Source of the DNA: Ignavibacteriota bacterium
Lineage (GTDB): Bacteria; Bacteroidota; Ignavibacteria; UBA10030
NCBI GenBank assembly: GCA_963701295.1
Contig: OY969585.1
Coordinates: 1,984,001 to 2,048,000 of the forward strand
DNA: 64,000 bases
Reading direction: 5' to 3'
The notes beneath the pieces are model-generated. The model worked only from the letters and a program-made list of their open reading frames with translations, searched no databases and had not been told where the DNA came from. Shown here in pieces: positions 32,815-42,111 of this stretch. A program made the translations under genes and the position numbers. Every line of letters begins with the position of its first letter. The stretch's first letter is position 1.

Positions 32815-33665
32815 TACTCTCTCTGTGCGCCTGGACTGTATCGGCTTGTGCTCAGCCGATAGACTCTATACCGGTTGAAGAATTTTCTGTCGGTTCATTC
32901 GAACGGGCAACACGTATATTCGCGAGGACGCAAGGGGCGATCTATGTTCTTGATGCCGATCAGAATAAAATATTTGTCTTTACGGATATCACGCAATCAC
33001 CGAAGAGCATTGGAGGATTCGGATGGTCGGCTGGTTCCTTCGATAAGCCAACAGGGATAGCGACAGACGGCATCAATCTGTACGTGTCCGATTATGGCAA
33101 TCACCGCATCCAGCAATTTGATCGGAATCTCAATTATCTGTCTTCTTTCTCAACGCGGGATACTTCCGATGTTGTCTCGCGGTTCGGTTATCCTCTTGAT
33201 GTTGCCATGTCTGAACTGGGAGATTTATTTATCCTCGACGGAGAAAATATACGCGTTCTCAAGTTTAATCCGCAACAATTCTTTGAGCGTTCATTCGGCG
33301 ATATCAATGCCGGGAAAGGGAAGCTCCAGAATCCAATCCGACTTGTTGTTACTACATCGCGACTTTTTGTAGGCGAGCAGACACGGATTGTTGTTTTTGA
33401 TTATTTTGGCAATTATCTCAACAGTATCGGGGATGGTGTTGTGTCAGGGCTTACCGGTTTCGCAATATCAGACAATGTCCTTCTTTTGTCATCACCTGAT
33501 ACCTTGTGGCAGTTTTCTCAGGAAGGTGTTTTTCAAAAATCGATTCCGCTCAGTTACCTCATCACTGGTGAGCGTATTGAACGAATTCAAGATATCGCAT
33601 ATATCAGAAATCGACTTTTTATTTTATCGCCAAGGAGACTTCATATTTTTAAGATAGGCGATTAA
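32793..33665 (+). CDS. NHL-repeat beta-propeller protein
   Basis: FDKPTGIATD..LYVSDYGNHRIQQFD, FGYPLDVA..LFILD.EN.RVLKF; overlaps upstream gene. Confidence 0.85.
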   Translation: MAAIFAIILSLCAWTVSACAQPIDSIPVEEFSVGSFERATRIFARTQGAIYVLDADQNKIFVFTDITQSPKSIGGFGWSAGSFDKPTGIATDGINLYVSDYGNHRIQQFDRNLNYLSSFSTRDTSDVVSRFGYPLDVAMSELGDLFILDGENIRVLKFNPQQFFERSFGDINAGKGKLQNPIRLVVTTSRLFVGEQTRIVVFDYFGNYLNSIGDGVVSGLTGFAISDNVLLLSSPDTLWQFSQEGVFQKSIPLSYLITGERIERIQDIAYIRNRLFILSPRRLHIFKIGD

Positions 33666-33682
33666 TCCACCGGATTCATTTC

Positions 33683-33711
33683 TTGACATTCGTTCCGAAT
33701 TATCCTAATTT
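33683..33711 (+). promoter_or_regulatory. Probable ssb promoter
   Basis: TTGACA-17 nt-TAATTT. Confidence 0.6.
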
Positions 33712-33761
33712 TATTTGGTATTCATGGTAGTTCTGCTGCTCACTTTAAGGAGGGAATTTGC

Positions 33762-34202
33762 ATGGCATCAAGGAGCATTAACAAAATTATTCTCATAGGA
33801 AACCTTGGACAGGATCCTGAGCTGCGGTACACCAGTAGTGGCGTCGCAGTTGCCTCTTTTTCGATGGCGACCAGTGAGTCTTGGAAAGATCAGGATGGCA
33901 ATGTTCAAGAAAAAACTCAATGGCATAAACTTGTCGCATGGAGAAAACTTGCAGAAATTGTAGGTGAATATTTGAAGAAAGGCAGCAAGGTGTATGTCGA
34001 AGGGCGCATTCAATATCGCAGCTACGACGATAAAAACGGTGTCAAGAGAGATATTACAGAAATCGTTGTCGATCAATTGCTAATGTTGGATTCCAAAGGT
34101 GTTAGCCATGCAAACACTTCCTCAGCTGACCCAACCGCACCATCGTTGCAACAGCCAGTTGAGGAATCAGGACCGGATAAAGTCGATGATCTGCCATTTT
34201 AA
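33762..34202 (+). CDS. ssb: Single-stranded DNA-binding protein
   Basis: INKIILIGNLGQDPELRYT, YLKKGSKVYVEG, C-terminal DDLPF. Confidence 0.98.
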   Translation: MASRSINKIILIGNLGQDPELRYTSSGVAVASFSMATSESWKDQDGNVQEKTQWHKLVAWRKLAEIVGEYLKKGSKVYVEGRIQYRSYDDKNGVKRDITEIVVDQLLMLDSKGVSHANTSSADPTAPSLQQPVEESGPDKVDDLPF

Positions 34203-34281
34203 GTTTTCTATGTGCTGTAATTGTTGCTTTTTCATTTCTTGTTTATTGAGTTGACATCGTTTTTTTGTTCTTTTTAATTCC

Positions 34282-34496
34282 AGTTCTGGTGTTCCGATGT
34301 ACATCGTGCATCGGGATGAAAAGGGAATTTCGTAAATCCCGCCGTTGGCGAGATAATGCGAAAGCTGCCCCGCAACTGTAATTCCGATTCTGCTGAACAC
34401 AGAATTGTATCTTCAATTGTGAAAGTCACTGTGGTGCCCAAGGTGCCATGGGAAGACGAATTGAAGATCGGAAGAGCCAGGAGACCTGCCAGAGCT
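34282..34496 (+). ncRNA. Cobalamin riboswitch aptamer
   Basis: P1 AGTTCTGGT/GCCAGAGCT, AAAAGGGAA, GCTGCCCCGCAACTGT, GTCACTG...GGGAAG, B12 box GAGCCAGGAGACCTGCC; upstream of btuB; TTGACA at 34251. Confidence 0.95.
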
Positions 34497-34555
34497 ATGT
34501 GCCTCATGAACCTTCGAGGGAAGGTGGTTCACGCACGTCTTCTTTGATGAGTGTG

Positions 34556-34591
34556 AAGCCCCAATCTTTGATGAAGGTTGGGGCTTTTTTT
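34556..34591 (+). terminator. Riboswitch expression-platform terminator
   Basis: AAGCCCCAATCTT-tgatg-AAGGTTGGGGCTT followed by T run, 30 nt before the btuB start. Confidence 0.85.
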
Positions 34592-34621
34592 ATTCACCAT
34601 CATTCAAAGGAGAGACGTACT

Positions 34622-36565
34622 ATGCAACATACATGGAATGCTGTTATTTGTTCAACCCTCGTCCTTTTCGCGTCGGCTGTTGCAGCCGATAACGATACGA
34701 CGAAAACTTATCGTGCTGAAGATGTTATTGTAACAGCTACACGCAGTGCTATTTCTCCATCCGACGCACCTTCACCAGTCCAGATTATTTCATCGTCATT
34801 TATTCAACAGATGAATCCAACAACAGTGGCAGATCTTTTGCAACTGACAAATGGAGTGTATGTAAATTATTATGGAGCGGTTGGAGGTGTAAAGAATCTG
34901 ACATTTCGGGGTCTATCAACAGAAAATTCTCTCATCTTGATTAATGGTAACCCGATCAACGATCCGCAAAACGGTTCTGTAGATTTAAGCTTATTATCGG
35001 TAAATGCTATTGATCGGATGGAAGTTATAAATGGCGGCGGATCAGCGTTGTATGGCAGCGATGCTTTGGGCGGAGTAGTTAATATTATTACTCGCCATGC
35101 CTCTGAAGATTTGCATGCACGTATTCAAGGAGATATAGGCTCTTTCGGCGCAGCGCGTGCACTTGCAGATGTTCAGGGACGTATTGCCGGTATTGGTATG
35201 CTCGCCGGCGTTTCCAGAGAATATGGAATTGATGATTACAATTTTATCTTTCAACGTCAAACAATGAATGATACCACATTGAATCGAAGGGACGCAGATT
35301 ATCAGCGCACACAATTATATTGGAATGGTGATTATCAATCCTCAGATATTATTGACGTCCATGCAGCAGTCCAATATATCAAGTTTGAACGAGGTGTACC
35401 GGGTCCAGTTTATTCGGCATCTACTATAAGCGTTGCCCGTCAGAATGACGAAACGTTTCGAGCGACGTTTGGGTCTCATATTCGATTGCAGGATAGCCTA
35501 TCGATTTCAGTGAATGGAGCTTTCGATCATAATTCTGAAATTTATCGTGATTCATTAGAATTGTCAGATGCATTATATGAGAGTAAATATTATTCCTTAA
35601 ATGGTCAACTCGATTGGTCTCCAACAGCATGGGATCATCTTCTTGCGGGCTGCGAGTACGGAGAGGGATACCTCGATGCAAGCGGTGTTTCGTGGGGATC
35701 ACCATTAATAATGCACCCTGTTCGTGTTCAAAAGTCACTTTATCTTTCAAACGAGAATACGCATCAGATAGAGGCAAAATGGCTTGATCGAATGTCGTTC
35801 TACGAATCAATTCGTTATGACTATTACTCCGATGTTATTGAAGATGCTGTCTCACCAAAGCTTGGAGTGAATATCCGTATCTATCAGCCATACGATATTC
35901 ATGTACGGAGCAGCTGGGGAAAGAATTTTCGCGTTCCTACATTTAATGATAAGTACTATCCATTATTTGGCAATTCCAACCTGAACCCTGAACGTTCCAC
36001 AGCTTTCGATATTGGAGTTATTGGAGCGTTAGATCGGTCTGGAAAACAGTCTGTACAAATCACATATTTTGATATTGAGTCGGATAAAAAAATCGCATTT
36101 AATGGCTATTTACCATACAACATTGGAGAAGCTCAGAATTCGGGACTTGAAGTGCGATATGATTATCATTTATCAGATAATAAACTTAATGCGTTTTTCG
36201 GCTTTTCATTTACGAATGCAATAAAGAAGAATAAATCAGGGCCAATCGATTCATCCTATAATAAACAGTTGCCGTATGTTCCGAAGTCCTTAGGGATGCT
36301 CGGAATTTCATTCGATACAGAAATCGGAAAGATATCTGTCAATCAATCAATGGCTGGTCTCCGCTATATAACTGCAGATGAAAGTAAATCGTTGCCCGCA
36401 TATACACTGACCGATGTGAGTTTTATTAAGAAGCTTGAGATGACCAACGTTCAATTGACATTCCATTGTTCTGTCAATAATGTGTTTGATGTTGATTATC
36501 AGAGCTTTGAAGGTTATCCAATGCCTGGACGATCGTTTCGAGTAAGCATAAGTGCAGACTATTGA
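34622..36565 (+). CDS. btuB: TonB-dependent receptor, probable cobalamin transporter
   Basis: DVIVTATR, FRG...LILING, GGGSALYGSDALGGVVNIIT, NLNPE, YPMPGRSF; under cobalamin riboswitch; ATG 34622 after AAGGAG. Confidence 0.85.
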   Translation: MQHTWNAVICSTLVLFASAVAADNDTTKTYRAEDVIVTATRSAISPSDAPSPVQIISSSFIQQMNPTTVADLLQLTNGVYVNYYGAVGGVKNLTFRGLSTENSLILINGNPINDPQNGSVDLSLLSVNAIDRMEVINGGGSALYGSDALGGVVNIITRHASEDLHARIQGDIGSFGAARALADVQGRIAGIGMLAGVSREYGIDDYNFIFQRQTMNDTTLNRRDADYQRTQLYWNGDYQSSDIIDVHAAVQYIKFERGVPGPVYSASTISVARQNDETFRATFGSHIRLQDSLSISVNGAFDHNSEIYRDSLELSDALYESKYYSLNGQLDWSPTAWDHLLAGCEYGEGYLDASGVSWGSPLIMHPVRVQKSLYLSNENTHQIEAKWLDRMSFYESIRYDYYSDVIEDAVSPKLGVNIRIYQPYDIHVRSSWGKNFRVPTFNDKYYPLFGNSNLNPERSTAFDIGVIGALDRSGKQSVQITYFDIESDKKIAFNGYLPYNIGEAQNSGLEVRYDYHLSDNKLNAFFGFSFTNAIKKNKSGPIDSSYNKQLPYVPKSLGMLGISFDTEIGKISVNQSMAGLRYITADESKSLPAYTLTDVSFIKKLEMTNVQLTFHCSVNNVFDVDYQSFEGYPMPGRSFRVSISADY

Positions 36566-36621
36566 TTTGATTCAAACAAAAAAATCCAGTATAATAAATT
36601 AATTCATTTCTTGGAGGATTT

Positions 36622-37149
36622 ATGCGTAATATTCTTCTTGGTTCATCTTTAATTCTGGCCGCGGCATTATCACGGCTTCTTCCACATCCTGATAATTTCA
36701 CTCCTATAGCCGCGATGGCACTTGCAGGTGGCGTATATCTTGAAAAACGATTCGCACTCATCGTCCCACTAGCTGCGCTTGTGATTAGTGATTTCTTCAT
36801 TGGTTTTCATAACACCATTCTCTTTGTCTATGGAAGCTTTGTGCTTATCGGATTCATGGGACTCTGGCTGAAATCACATAAGAAATTCTTACCTGTCTTG
36901 GGAATTGCGCTTTTAAGCTCAATTCTCTTTTTTGTCATTACTAATTTCGGTGTGTGGCTCACAGGCGGTGGATGGTTCTACCAGAGGACTTGGCAAGGTT
37001 TGGTCGAATGCTATGTCATGGCTATTCCCTTCTTCCGGAATACTCTAGCAGGAGATTTGGTATTTACGGGAGTATTGTTTGGATTGTTTGAATTATCTTT
37101 GCGTTCTCTCCATGCTTCAGAAAAGAAGGCAGTTCGAGCAAATTTATAA
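36622..37149 (+). CDS. DUF6580-family membrane protein (ECF S-component-like)
   Basis: RLLPHPDNFTPIAAMALAGG, LFFVITNFGVW, CYVMAIPFFRNTLAGD; several TM helices. Confidence 0.8.
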   Translation: MRNILLGSSLILAAALSRLLPHPDNFTPIAAMALAGGVYLEKRFALIVPLAALVISDFFIGFHNTILFVYGSFVLIGFMGLWLKSHKKFLPVLGIALLSSILFFVITNFGVWLTGGGWFYQRTWQGLVECYVMAIPFFRNTLAGDLVFTGVLFGLFELSLRSLHASEKKAVRANL

Positions 37150-37172
37150 TTACTCTCTCGTTGTGATTTGTT

Positions 37173-37217
37173 GACGTCGGATTGGCTCGGAAGAAGCTCA
37201 TCTGACGTTTTTATTTT
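37173..37217 (+). terminator. Probable terminator
   Basis: GACGTCGGAT...ATCTGACGTT followed by TTTATTTT. Confidence 0.55.
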
Positions 37218-37548
37218 AAGGAACGAATGAAATTCTGATGGAAGATTTTCAACTATAGAGGAAAATCTTGATTCCATTGGACTTTCTTACCTCGTTGATT
37301 CGTACCTTTTCGATTGATATATATCAAAAATGCTATTGTTGTTTGTTGTCTTCTAATAGCATTTTGTAGAAAAAGCTCTATATTGAACCACATTAAACTA
37401 AAACGCAATCATATGTCCAATACAATAGAGCTTGCGTTACGACGTTCCATTCATATCTCCCCGCATTATTTCTGTTGTGCCAGTTTATTTCTCTATAATA
37501 TAATCACTCGCGGAGACATTCTTCAAAAGTTGAAGAAATGAGGTTGCT

Positions 37549-38889
37549 ATGTCCGATTACATCGATAAAATAATGATTCATGTGAAAGCGAAGAACTCCA
37601 ACGAACCGGAGTTTCATCAAGCGGTAGAAGAAGTATGCGAGTCTTTGGAGCCGGTGTTTGCGCGTCACCCGGAATACCGTGCTGCAAAAATTCTTGAGCG
37701 TATGGTTGAACCCGAGCGGATTGTCATCTTTCGTGTTCCATGGATGGATGATCAGGGTGAAATTCATATTAACCGCGGATTCCGGGTTCAGATGAACAGC
37801 GCAATCGGTCCATACAAAGGAGGATTACGATTCCATCCATCCGTTACACTGAGCATTCTTAAATTTCTCGCATTCGAACAAGTGTTCAAGAATAGCCTTA
37901 CAACGCTGCCGATGGGCGGCGGAAAAGGCGGTTCAGATTTCAATCCTAAAGGGAAGAGCGATAACGAGGTGATGCGATTTTGTCAAAGTTTTATGACAGA
38001 ATTATTTCGTCATATCGGTGCAGATACAGATGTGCCGGCTGGAGATATTGGTGTCGGAACACGTGAGATCGGATTTCTCTTCGGACAATACAAGCGGCTT
38101 ACGACAGAATTCACAGGTGTGCTGACTGGAAAAGGATTGAATTGGGGCGGTTCCCTTATCCGTCCAGAAGCGACAGGATTTGGTGTTGTTTATTTTACTG
38201 AGGAGATGTTAAAGACGAAAGGCTTAAGTATTGCTGGAAAAACAGTCGCAGTGTCCGGTTTTGGCAATGTTGCTTGGGGTGCAGTCACAAAAGTTGACCA
38301 ATTGGGAGGGAAAGTGGTTACACTTTCCGGTCCTGATGGTTTCGTGTATGATCCGGATGGTATTAAAGGTGAGAAGATACATTATATGCTTGAGATGCGT
38401 GCAAGTGCCAAAGACGAAGTAAAACCTTATGCCGATAAATTCAAGGCGCAATTCTTCTCTGGTAAAACGCCGTGGGGTGCAAAGGTAGATGTTGCTTTGC
38501 CGTGTGCTACACAAAACGAGCTTGACGAAAATGACGCGAAAGAGCTTGTGAAAAACGGATGCGTTTGCGTGTGCGAAGGAGCGAACATGCCAACAACAAT
38601 TTCGGGTCTCAAAGTATTTCATTCAGCGGGGATTCTTTATTCTCCCGGCAAAGCGTCGAATGCTGGTGGCGTTGCAACCTCTGGATTGGAAATGAGCCAA
38701 AACAGCATGCGTTTACCATGGCCCAAAGAAGAAGTTGACACACGGTTGTATCAGATCATGAAAAGCATTCATGATACATGTATGCAGACCGCAGAACGAT
38801 TTGGCGAACCAGGTAATTACGTTTTGGGTGCAAATATCGCTGGATTTTTAAAAGTCGCTAATGCTATGCTTGAACAGGGTTTGGTATGA
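37549..38889 (+). CDS. gdh: Glutamate dehydrogenase, predicted NAD-preferring paralog
   Basis: [37 protein letters not shown]; cofactor loop VSGFGNVA...LSGPDG. Confidence 0.93.
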   Translation: MSDYIDKIMIHVKAKNSNEPEFHQAVEEVCESLEPVFARHPEYRAAKILERMVEPERIVIFRVPWMDDQGEIHINRGFRVQMNSAIGPYKGGLRFHPSVTLSILKFLAFEQVFKNSLTTLPMGGGKGGSDFNPKGKSDNEVMRFCQSFMTELFRHIGADTDVPAGDIGVGTREIGFLFGQYKRLTTEFTGVLTGKGLNWGGSLIRPEATGFGVVYFTEEMLKTKGLSIAGKTVAVSGFGNVAWGAVTKVDQLGGKVVTLSGPDGFVYDPDGIKGEKIHYMLEMRASAKDEVKPYADKFKAQFFSGKTPWGAKVDVALPCATQNELDENDAKELVKNGCVCVCEGANMPTTISGLKVFHSAGILYSPGKASNAGGVATSGLEMSQNSMRLPWPKEEVDTRLYQIMKSIHDTCMQTAERFGEPGNYVLGANIAGFLKVANAMLEQGLV

Positions 38890-38997
38890 CAGTTTCATAT
38901 CTAAAGGTTACTCGTTCAAGAGATATTTCGCATCACCTGTATCAGGGAGTTTTCGTGCAACAATTAACAGTGTTTGAAAAATTTGCGCTATGCTCAT

Positions 38998-41979
38998 ATG
39001 AATCGATTTGATCAGTTTTCGACAGAAGATATATATGGAAGCCGTATTAAGTCGTTCCAGAAACTGATGCGTATCAAGGTGCGCGACATTCTGCTTGTCG
39101 CCAGCCTATATGATCAATACCTGTTTGAAGAGGATGGCAGATTATATGAACTGATTCGACAGGAATTTCAAGTCCTCAATCTGAGTCACCCGCCAGAGAT
39201 CACGCATGTGACCAGCGGTGAAGAGGCAATTGAGCTTCTTACCTCTGGCGAGACATTCGATCTTGTCATCACCACAATGCATATTGAAGATATGCATGTT
39301 ATCCGATTTGCACAAAAAGTACGACAGACAGGCGTCGACATTCCCATGATCCTGTTGGCGTACGACAATAGGGAAAAAAAAGAAATCATCATGAATTACG
39401 ATACGTCGGTGTTCGATCGTATATTCATCTGGACTGGCGATTACCGTCTCTTGGTTGCAATGATTAAGTATGTTGAAGACAGGCTCAATGTTGAAAGCGA
39501 TACTGCGACAGTCGGTGTGCAAGTTATTATTTTAGTAGAAGATGATATCAGTTTTTACTCCTCCTATTTGCCGCTCCTCTATACGCAGATTCTTAACCAG
39601 TCCCAACGGCTCATTTCAGAAGGTGTCAATCTTACACATAAATTTCTCAGGATGCGGGCACGGCCGAAGATTTTGCTTTGCGCAACATATGAAGAAGCTT
39701 GGTCATATTTTGAGAAATATGAAGACTTTGTGCTCGGTGTTATTTCGGATGTTGACTTCCTTCGCGAAGGAGTTAAAGACTCTGAAGCAGGTTTCAAATT
39801 TGCGGTAGCAGTCCGACAAAGAAAGGAGGATATTCCTATCCTCCTCCAGTCAGGCGATGCAAAAGCAGCGGCGAAAGCATTTGAAATTGGAGCTGCATTT
39901 CTGCAAAAGGGTTCACCGACACTCTTGCATGACCTGACGAACTTTGTTATGACGCATTTCGGGTTCGGCGACTTCATTTTTCGTATGCCCGACGGAATGG
40001 AAGTAGGAAGAGCGACGAACTTAAAACAGTTAGAGGAGCATCTTCAAATTGTCCCGGATGAATGCATCCAATTTCATGCCAAGCGTAATCACTTCTCTAA
40101 TTGGTTGAAGGCAAGAACGGAATTCTGGCTTGCTCATAAGCTCCGTCCGCAAAAAGTTGAAGACTTCCCAAGCACCGCTGAATTACGGAACGATTTACTC
40201 GGTGCTTTGCGATTGTATTTGGAAACGCGACAGTGGGGCATAATTACAGAATTCTCTAAAGATTCGTTTGATCCTCAAAAAAGCTTTGCACGAATCGGTG
40301 CCGGTTCGGTAGGAGGCAAGGCACGCGGATTAGGTTTTATCAATACGCTTATCAATAACTACAACATCCGCGATAAATTTGAAGGAGTGGAAATATCTGT
40401 TCCGTCTGCAGTAGTTATTGCGACGGATGTTTTCGACAGGTTTTTATCGGAGAATAAACTTGAGAATTTCATTTTGGAGTCGAAAAGCGACGAAGAAATT
40501 CTTCAGCGTTTCACGGATGCACCCTACTTTCCGCCTGATGTAGTCTTTCGCTTGGTCGATTTTCTTGAAATTGTACATAAGCCGTTGGCTGTGCGTTCAT
40601 CCAGTTTGTTGGAAGATTCACAGTATCAGCCTTTTGCCGGTGTATATCAAACCTATATGTTGCCGAACAAAAATTCCGATCCCACTGTTCGATTACATGA
40701 ATTGTTGGAAAGCATAAAGCTCGTGTATGCCTCTACTTTCAGTAAAAATGCAAAAGACTACATGAAAGCGACTCCCTATCGTCTCGAAGAAGAGAAGATG
40801 GCGGTTATCATCCAGCGAATGGTTGGTACATCACATCATAATCGATTTTATCCTGAATTCGCTGGGGTTGCAAAATCATATAACTTCTATCCTGTACCAC
40901 CGCAGAAATCAGAAGACGGCATCGTTCAGGTTGCACTCGGATTAGGGTACACTGTGGTAGAAGGACATAACTCAGTTCGTTTTTGTCCTAAGTATCCACG
41001 TCATCTCATGCAATTCTTTTCAACTAAGGAGACGATTCGCAATGCCCAGCAAGAGTACCTTGCACTCGATCTCACGGCAACGTTCAGCCATGAAAATCAT
41101 GAGACACCAGATGTGATGATCAAACATTATGATCTGAGCACAGCAGAGGAAGATAATACGCTCTTTTATGTCGGATCCACCTATTCCCCGGAAGATGATT
41201 CTGTATATGATGGAGTGTCTCGCACTGGGAAACGTGTCGTTACGTTTGCACCGGTCTTGAAGCACCGGATATTCCCATTACCGGAAATTCTTGATTTAAT
41301 CCTAGAAATGGGGACATGGGGTATGGGCACACATGTCGAAATTGAATTTGCAGTCAATATGAATACACCACCGGGCGCGCCGAAAGAGTTTGCAATGCTG
41401 CAGATTCGTCCCTTAGTCATGAACCTTGAATTTGAAGAACTTGATGTTGATCATTTTGTTCGCGAAAACCTTGTTTGTCAGAGCGAGCAGGTGCTCGGCA
41501 ATGGTGCTATCCAGGATATTCACGATATAGTTGTGGTGGATTCGGATAAGTTTGAAAGATCAAAGAGTAAAGAGACGGCACGCGAAGTCAGTGAAATCAA
41601 TGCCCGATTGCTTTCAGAACATCGACCATATGTGTTGATTGGAATGGGTCGATGGGGAAGTATGGATCCGTGGCTTGGTATTCCTGTCACATGGGACCAA
41701 ATCTCAGGCGCGTCGGTGATTGTTGAGTCTGGTTTTAAAGACATTGATGTAACACCATCACAAGGGTCGCATTTTTTTCAAAATATTACATCATTTCGTG
41801 TGGGTTACTTTACTGTCAACGCCTCTCACAATCTTGGGTTCATTGATTGGGATTGGCTGAAAGTGCAGCCGGCGTTTCAAGAATTTAATCACGTTCGCCA
41901 TTTGAGGTTTGATAAACCATTCAGTGCCAAAATTAACGGACGAAAGAATAAAGGTGTGATTATGAAACCGGGAAAATAG
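38998..41979 (+). CDS. Receiver-like / PPDK_N (ATP-grasp) dikinase-like protein
   Basis: N-terminal receiver-like segments, GGKARGL, AVRSSSLLEDS..FAGVY, MAVIIQRMVG, EIEFA, LQIRP, C-terminal SQGSHFF; start could be TTG 38974. Confidence 0.88.
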   Translation: MNRFDQFSTEDIYGSRIKSFQKLMRIKVRDILLVASLYDQYLFEEDGRLYELIRQEFQVLNLSHPPEITHVTSGEEAIELLTSGETFDLVITTMHIEDMHVIRFAQKVRQTGVDIPMILLAYDNREKKEIIMNYDTSVFDRIFIWTGDYRLLVAMIKYVEDRLNVESDTATVGVQVIILVEDDISFYSSYLPLLYTQILNQSQRLISEGVNLTHKFLRMRARPKILLCATYEEAWSYFEKYEDFVLGVISDVDFLREGVKDSEAGFKFAVAVRQRKEDIPILLQSGDAKAAAKAFEIGAAFLQKGSPTLLHDLTNFVMTHFGFGDFIFRMPDGMEVGRATNLKQLEEHLQIVPDECIQFHAKRNHFSNWLKARTEFWLAHKLRPQKVEDFPSTAELRNDLLGALRLYLETRQWGIITEFSKDSFDPQKSFARIGAGSVGGKARGLGFINTLINNYNIRDKFEGVEISVPSAVVIATDVFDRFLSENKLENFILESKSDEEILQRFTDAPYFPPDVVFRLVDFLEIVHKPLAVRSSSLLEDSQYQPFAGVYQTYMLPNKNSDPTVRLHELLESIKLVYASTFSKNAKDYMKATPYRLEEEKMAVIIQRMVGTSHHNRFYPEFAGVAKSYNFYPVPPQKSEDGIVQVALGLGYTVVEGHNSVRFCPKYPRHLMQFFSTKETIRNAQQEYLALDLTATFSHENHETPDVMIKHYDLSTAEEDNTLFYVGSTYSPEDDSVYDGVSRTGKRVVTFAPVLKHRIFPLPEILDLILEMGTWGMGTHVEIEFAVNMNTPPGAPKEFAMLQIRPLVMNLEFEELDVDHFVRENLVCQSEQVLGNGAIQDIHDIVVVDSDKFERSKSKETAREVSEINARLLSEHRPYVLIGMGRWGSMDPWLGIPVTWDQISGASVIVESGFKDIDVTPSQGSHFFQNITSFRVGYFTVNASHNLGFIDWDWLKVQPAFQEFNHVRHLRFDKPFSAKINGRKNKGVIMKPGK

Positions 41980-42111
41980 ATTCTATATATTGAGAAAAAT
42001 GATGCTATTTTCATATTTCTTTCCATCAAACGTAGTACATAGGAAGTGAAAGAAAAAAAACAGAAATTAAAGGAAAATTCTTTTATCTCTATCATATATA
42101 AATAATTGAGA

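Noticed and set aside
34274-34547. Short ORFs over 34.3-34.5 kb
   Set aside because: Region is fully explained by the cobalamin riboswitch.
37314-37541. 75-aa ORF upstream of the first gdh
   Set aside because: TTG start, no RBS, no recognisable motif; likely a promoter region.
38998-41979. Calling this gene ppsA or ppdK
   Set aside because: No C-terminal PEP/pyruvate-binding barrel; it has extra receiver-like domains.
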